A stretch of 64,000 bases of DNA from Nitrospinaceae bacterium (GTDB taxonomy: Bacteria; Nitrospinota; Nitrospinia; Nitrospinales; Nitrospinaceae): assembly GCA_965237905.1 (NCBI GenBank), contig OZ250172.1:2176001-2240000 (forward strand), read 5' to 3'. The notes beneath the pieces are model-generated. The model saw only the letters and a program-made list of their open reading frames with translations. It made no database searches and was not told the origin of the DNA. Positions 60,129-64,000 of this stretch are shown here, in pieces; positions within the stretch are counted from its first letter, which is position 1, and each line of letters starts with the position of its first letter. The position numbers and the translations under genes were made by a program.

Positions 60129-61247
60129 ATGAATTCTCCAATTTTTACAGATGATAAGGAACGTCTGCCTTTGCTGTCGGACGTCGGCCGTGCCTGGCAG
60201 GGGTTGGACCGTTCTTCCTCACCGGAGATGAGTGTCCGTCTGCGGGAGTTGTTGGAACATCTCAATACGCGTTTAGGGTTTGTAGCGACCGATGAGGGGA
60301 AACGTCACCAGGCCTCGTTTAACCTGATGCTCCGGTACGCGTATCCCGAGCTGATGATCGATCTGGCGGACCGGGTGTATGTCCAGCACGAACGCCCAAT
60401 GGTATTTTTGAATCAGGATCATATCAAAATGAACCGCAACGCCGATCCCGATCCGCCTCAGCCTTCAAAAGCTATTGAAGATTTCGGCCCGGACATGGAA
60501 GCCGAATTCCGAGAGCTGGCCGAGACGCTCAAAAATGGCAAGACGTTGCGGGAGGACCCGGTGGTGGTTCGCATGCTGGCGGAGAGTTACAGTTATTATA
60601 TGGCGTTAACCCAAAACTTTCCGTGGGAAGATCCGCTCAAGGACCAGATTCCGCCGGGCACCGCGCCGGTTCTGGATGTGGCGACGGGGTTAACGGGCTT
60701 CAGCCTCATACATGACTGGCCCGCGTCGCATCCCCTTCTGGTGCTGGCCGACAGCATGCCGTTCATCGTGGAGGGACTCACTCATTTTAAGAATCTGCTG
60801 GAAAGGCGGAATGTGGAAATCCTCCAAGCGGAATTTCCAGAGAGTCCCGGTGTTTCTTATAAGTTTGGGACCATTCACATCAGTAAGTTCCTGCACCATC
60901 TGCAAAGAGACGAACGTCAACAGTTTTTGCGCTGGGCGCAAAACCAGTTGACGTCCGGCGGGCAGTTGTCCATCATCGACACCGATCTTGAGAACCGGAT
61001 CTTGAGCGAAGCCGACGATCTGGATTACTCCAACAAACTGATACCGGGGTATCTCGAAACGTTGGTGAAAATAGAAGACCGGTTTTGTCACAACCTGGTG
61101 GATGATATTCGTGAAATGGGCTATACCGTCCGCAATTTTGATTTTCACGAGTACCACGACGAGACTGACGCCTACAGCCATTATCCCGGCGACGACCTGC
61201 CGATCAAATTCCTTGGCTTCGAAATCCTCGCGCAGAAAAACTTATGA
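60129..61247 (+). CDS. Class I SAM-dependent methyltransferase-like protein
   Basis: VLDVATG, KFLHHL, L..GGQL.IID motifs. Confidence 0.7.
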   Translation: MNSPIFTDDKERLPLLSDVGRAWQGLDRSSSPEMSVRLRELLEHLNTRLGFVATDEGKRHQASFNLMLRYAYPELMIDLADRVYVQHERPMVFLNQDHIKMNRNADPDPPQPSKAIEDFGPDMEAEFRELAETLKNGKTLREDPVVVRMLAESYSYYMALTQNFPWEDPLKDQIPPGTAPVLDVATGLTGFSLIHDWPASHPLLVLADSMPFIVEGLTHFKNLLERRNVEILQAEFPESPGVSYKFGTIHISKFLHHLQRDERQQFLRWAQNQLTSGGQLSIIDTDLENRILSEADDLDYSNKLIPGYLETLVKIEDRFCHNLVDDIREMGYTVRNFDFHEYHDETDAYSHYPGDDLPIKFLGFEILAQKNL

Positions 61248-61326
61248 TAAAAAACTTCCTGTAACCCTGGGCCGGTCGAAGGGAAGGAAATAAAAATTAA
61301 GGGACGTGTTCCTATCACAATTCATT

Positions 61327-62385
61327 CTATGTTTTTGGCTTCCATTCGTCGGCCAGTTTCTTAGCCTTGACGACTTGGGCAGGAGTCATTTTCTTCCCAA
61401 TAATATCTCGACTGCGAATGGCTTCTTCATAACCTTCCTTATGCTTTTGTGAGTTGGGGGTAGATAAGATGTACCACATATAAGCCAGAACATAATCTTG
61501 CGGAACCCCCTTGCCATCCGCATACATTTCTCCCAAGTTGTATTGGGCTGAGTACTCCCCCCTCTCCGCTGCTTTACGAAACCACTTGATCGCCTCGGCA
61601 TAATCCCGCGGGACGCCTGAACCTTTGCGATACATAAATCCAAGGTTGGTTTGAGCAAAAACATCTCCCTGGTCTGCGGCTTTGCGGTACCACGAAATCG
61701 CTTCTGCATAATCCTGCGGAAGGCCCGCTTCCCCAAGCTTATACATTTCTCCCAAGTTGTTTTGGGATTGGGCGTTTCCCTGCTCCGCAGCTTGTCGGTA
61801 TAGTTTTTCAGCTTTAACATAATCCTGTGGCACGCCTTCGCCATTGAGATACCTATTCCCAAGATTGACCTGACCAGCGACATTTCCCTGCTCTGCTGCT
61901 TTACGAAACCACTTGATCGCCTCAACATAATTCCTCGGGACGCCCTTGCCATTCGCATACATCAATCCAAGGGAATTCTGACTGTCGGCATTTCCCTGCT
62001 CCGCTGCTTTACGAAACCACTTGACCGTCTCGGCATAATTTTGTGGGACACCATTGCCTTGGGAATACAGAAATCCAAGGTTTGTCTGGGCATAAGCATT
62101 TCCCTGCTCTGCTGCCTTGCGGTACCATTTTGCCGCCTCCGTGTAATCCTGAGGGACACCGCTGCCTCCCACGTACATTACCCCAAGGTAGGTTTGGGCA
62201 TTAGAATCTCCCTGTTTGGCAAGAGGTTCAAGTTTTTCAAGAGCCTTCTTATAGTCGCCTGCTTGAAACGCTGCTGCTCCTTCATTATATGGATCAGCCT
62301 TGGAGCAGGCTTGAGTTCCTAACAGAAGGCTAAGAATCAGTAGGTGCTGAGAGCAAATAATGGCGATCTTCGGGTAGGATTTCAT
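61327..62385 (-). CDS. Sel1-like repeat lipoprotein
   Basis: Lipobox TQAC; about seven Sel1 repeats; C-terminal MTPAQV cap. Confidence 0.93.
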   Translation of the reverse strand: MKSYPKIAIICSQHLLILSLLLGTQACSKADPYNEGAAAFQAGDYKKALEKLEPLAKQGDSNAQTYLGVMYVGGSGVPQDYTEAAKWYRKAAEQGNAYAQTNLGFLYSQGNGVPQNYAETVKWFRKAAEQGNADSQNSLGLMYANGKGVPRNYVEAIKWFRKAAEQGNVAGQVNLGNRYLNGEGVPQDYVKAEKLYRQAAEQGNAQSQNNLGEMYKLGEAGLPQDYAEAISWYRKAADQGDVFAQTNLGFMYRKGSGVPRDYAEAIKWFRKAAERGEYSAQYNLGEMYADGKGVPQDYVLAYMWYILSTPNSQKHKEGYEEAIRSRDIIGKKMTPAQVVKAKKLADEWKPKT

Positions 62386-62600
62386 ACGTAACAATCTCTT
62401 TTTGAACAGGATGGCCTAATATATATCGGTTGGCCTGTGCAGTCAAATTTCAGATGTATACCACTTTTGGGATTCATTTTTCCCGGCACCGGAGAATTTA
62501 CAGAGAAGGGAGAAAGGAGGCAAGAAACCCAGAGAGTTAATAAAGTATTCCGATTTTTGCGACACCGGTACCCCTCTGGATAATTTGAGGGGTGGCACTC

Positions 62601-62978
62601 TTATTTTCTGTTGTGGGACTTTAGTGATTTTTGGATGGTTTTCCATTCGGGGCCGATGGCTTTAAGGGCTTTGGTTTCCATGGTGCGGTAGAGATCCAGC
62701 AGATCCCGGCCTTCGACGGTCAGTTGCGCGCCGCCTCCGCCTTTCCCGCCTTTAACCCGTGCCACCAGCGGATGTTTGAAGCAGTGGTTCATGGTATCGA
62801 CCAGGTCCCACGCCCGGCGGTAGCTGAGTCCCAGCTCGCGTGCTCCGGCGGAGATGGACCCGGTGCGCTCGATAGCCTCCAGCAGGTCCACTTTACCTGG
62901 GCCCAGGGCGATATCTTTTCCGGCCTTGATGCGGATACGGGGACGGCAGGTGAATTTGGGTTGTTTGGATCCAGCCAA
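62601..62978 (-). CDS. ModE-type winged-helix regulator (DNA-binding domain only)
   Basis: LGPGKVDLLEAI..TGSIS.GA..LGLSYRRAW, GGKGGGGA.LT; start uncertain. Confidence 0.88.
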   Translation of the reverse strand: MAGSKQPKFTCRPRIRIKAGKDIALGPGKVDLLEAIERTGSISAGARELGLSYRRAWDLVDTMNHCFKHPLVARVKGGKGGGGAQLTVEGRDLLDLYRTMETKALKAIGPEWKTIQKSLKSHNRK

Positions 62979-62988
62979 GGAGCTCTCT

Positions 62989-63855
62989 TTACTTTTTGGG
63001 AGGGGGCAGGCGGGTGATGCCCACCACATTCGGAATCGGCCAGGCCAGGGAATTGGCGTCGGTTTCACTGGCTCCGGTCGAATAACTGCCCACGAATTCC
63101 AGTTCGTTTTTTCCTGAGTGAATAAACATCTGGGCTTCGGAACCGCCTTCCACATACATGGCTCGTTTCAATTGGATAGGCAGTTTCAGTAGATTGTCGA
63201 TCAGGTCGTGCGTGCTGAATGGGGAGCGCACATGGATAAACAGAATGTCTCCTTTTTGATTCATCCCGATGGCCGCAGTGCTCCATTTTTTATCCTGCTG
63301 TTCCCAGACGTTTTTACCGTTGCAGGAAATCATGCGGATGCTTTGGATCAACGTGTGGTACAGCTTCCGTAATTGGTCCACGCTCTGGCAATCCCGGTCC
63401 AGAATTTGGGTGCGTGACAGAGACTTCTTTTTGGGATCAAAGACCAGCAATGCGCGATCTTTGGAGTACCAGGGGTTGTTGACGTGGCCGAAGGTTTTCA
63501 TCAGGGAGACGCTGGTGAGTTTGTCGGCCTGGTACATGCTGGCGTTGATGGCCGCAACCATTCCGTTTTTCCGGGCCCACTGTTTGGCCGACAGGCGTTT
63601 GCCCCCGGGCGATGCCGAGGCATTCAGGAGCCGGAATTGAAACCGATTGGGGTCGATCTTCAATATTCGGATCAGATTGTCGCCTACGGGGGATTTATCA
63701 GGCGAAATAAAGGCCCCAAATTCCAGCCCTGGTTCCAATTGAATCCACGGTTTCTGTTTCGATTTGTTTTGGGCGGCGGGGTCTTGGGAAAGGAGCCCGA
63801 GGCCTGCCAGAGCCGCTACAATAAGGGCCAGGCAGGTGAAGATTCTTTGAGTCAT
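62989..63855 (-). CDS. Phosphodiester glycosidase (NAGPA-like) family exported protein
   Basis: ILKIDP, AAINASMY, STAAIG, AMYVEGGS, PIPNVVG. Confidence 0.75.
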   Translation of the reverse strand: MTQRIFTCLALIVAALAGLGLLSQDPAAQNKSKQKPWIQLEPGLEFGAFISPDKSPVGDNLIRILKIDPNRFQFRLLNASASPGGKRLSAKQWARKNGMVAAINASMYQADKLTSVSLMKTFGHVNNPWYSKDRALLVFDPKKKSLSRTQILDRDCQSVDQLRKLYHTLIQSIRMISCNGKNVWEQQDKKWSTAAIGMNQKGDILFIHVRSPFSTHDLIDNLLKLPIQLKRAMYVEGGSEAQMFIHSGKNELEFVGSYSTGASETDANSLAWPIPNVVGITRLPPPKK

Positions 63856-64000
63856 GGGTTCGCCTTTTAAAATCTTAAGGGTGATTTCAGCCAACAAGAC
63901 AACGGGAGCTCCAAGATGGCCAAGCTCAAGACTTCAGGGCTGATTATATCAGGAATTCGATGCAGATCAGGCGTAAATTCATGAATTCGTTTATGTTGTT

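Overview
This is a bacterial chromosomal window of moderate GC with AT-richer patches. The aroD-aroE fusion, archaeal/plant-type LeuCD, many Sel1 proteins and a PCP_red-repeat protein suggest a Nitrospinota-like chemolithoautotroph, which is an inference only. The backbone carries nif3, a yhaO/yhaN-type nuclease-ATPase pair, csrA-fliW, tRNA-Phe, cheW, leuCD, aroDE, a flagellar module (FlgN-like, FliD-like, long Pro/Glu-rich protein, sigma54 activator), mnmE-yidC-yidD-rnpA-rpmH, tyrS and hutH. The main findings are: (1) a strand-biased GGA-rich CsrB/Rsm-like RNA candidate beside csrA-fliW; (2) a sigma54 promoter that drives a ~150-nt structured non-coding transcript; (3) two head-to-head sigma28 promoters enclosing a structured RNA in front of the flagellar genes; (4) two further large structured RNA candidates, one 6S-like; (5) an AT-rich islet with a non-canonical class III nucleotide cyclase, a DOHH-like HEAT protein and a DUF3892-like/membrane protein pair, a candidate defence or signalling system; (6) two integrase-less islets bracketed by duplicated 3' ends of nif3 and mnmE. 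Two single-base frameshifts (fliW, a Sel1 gene) may be assembly errors. All RNA structures were paired by eye and no database searches were run.
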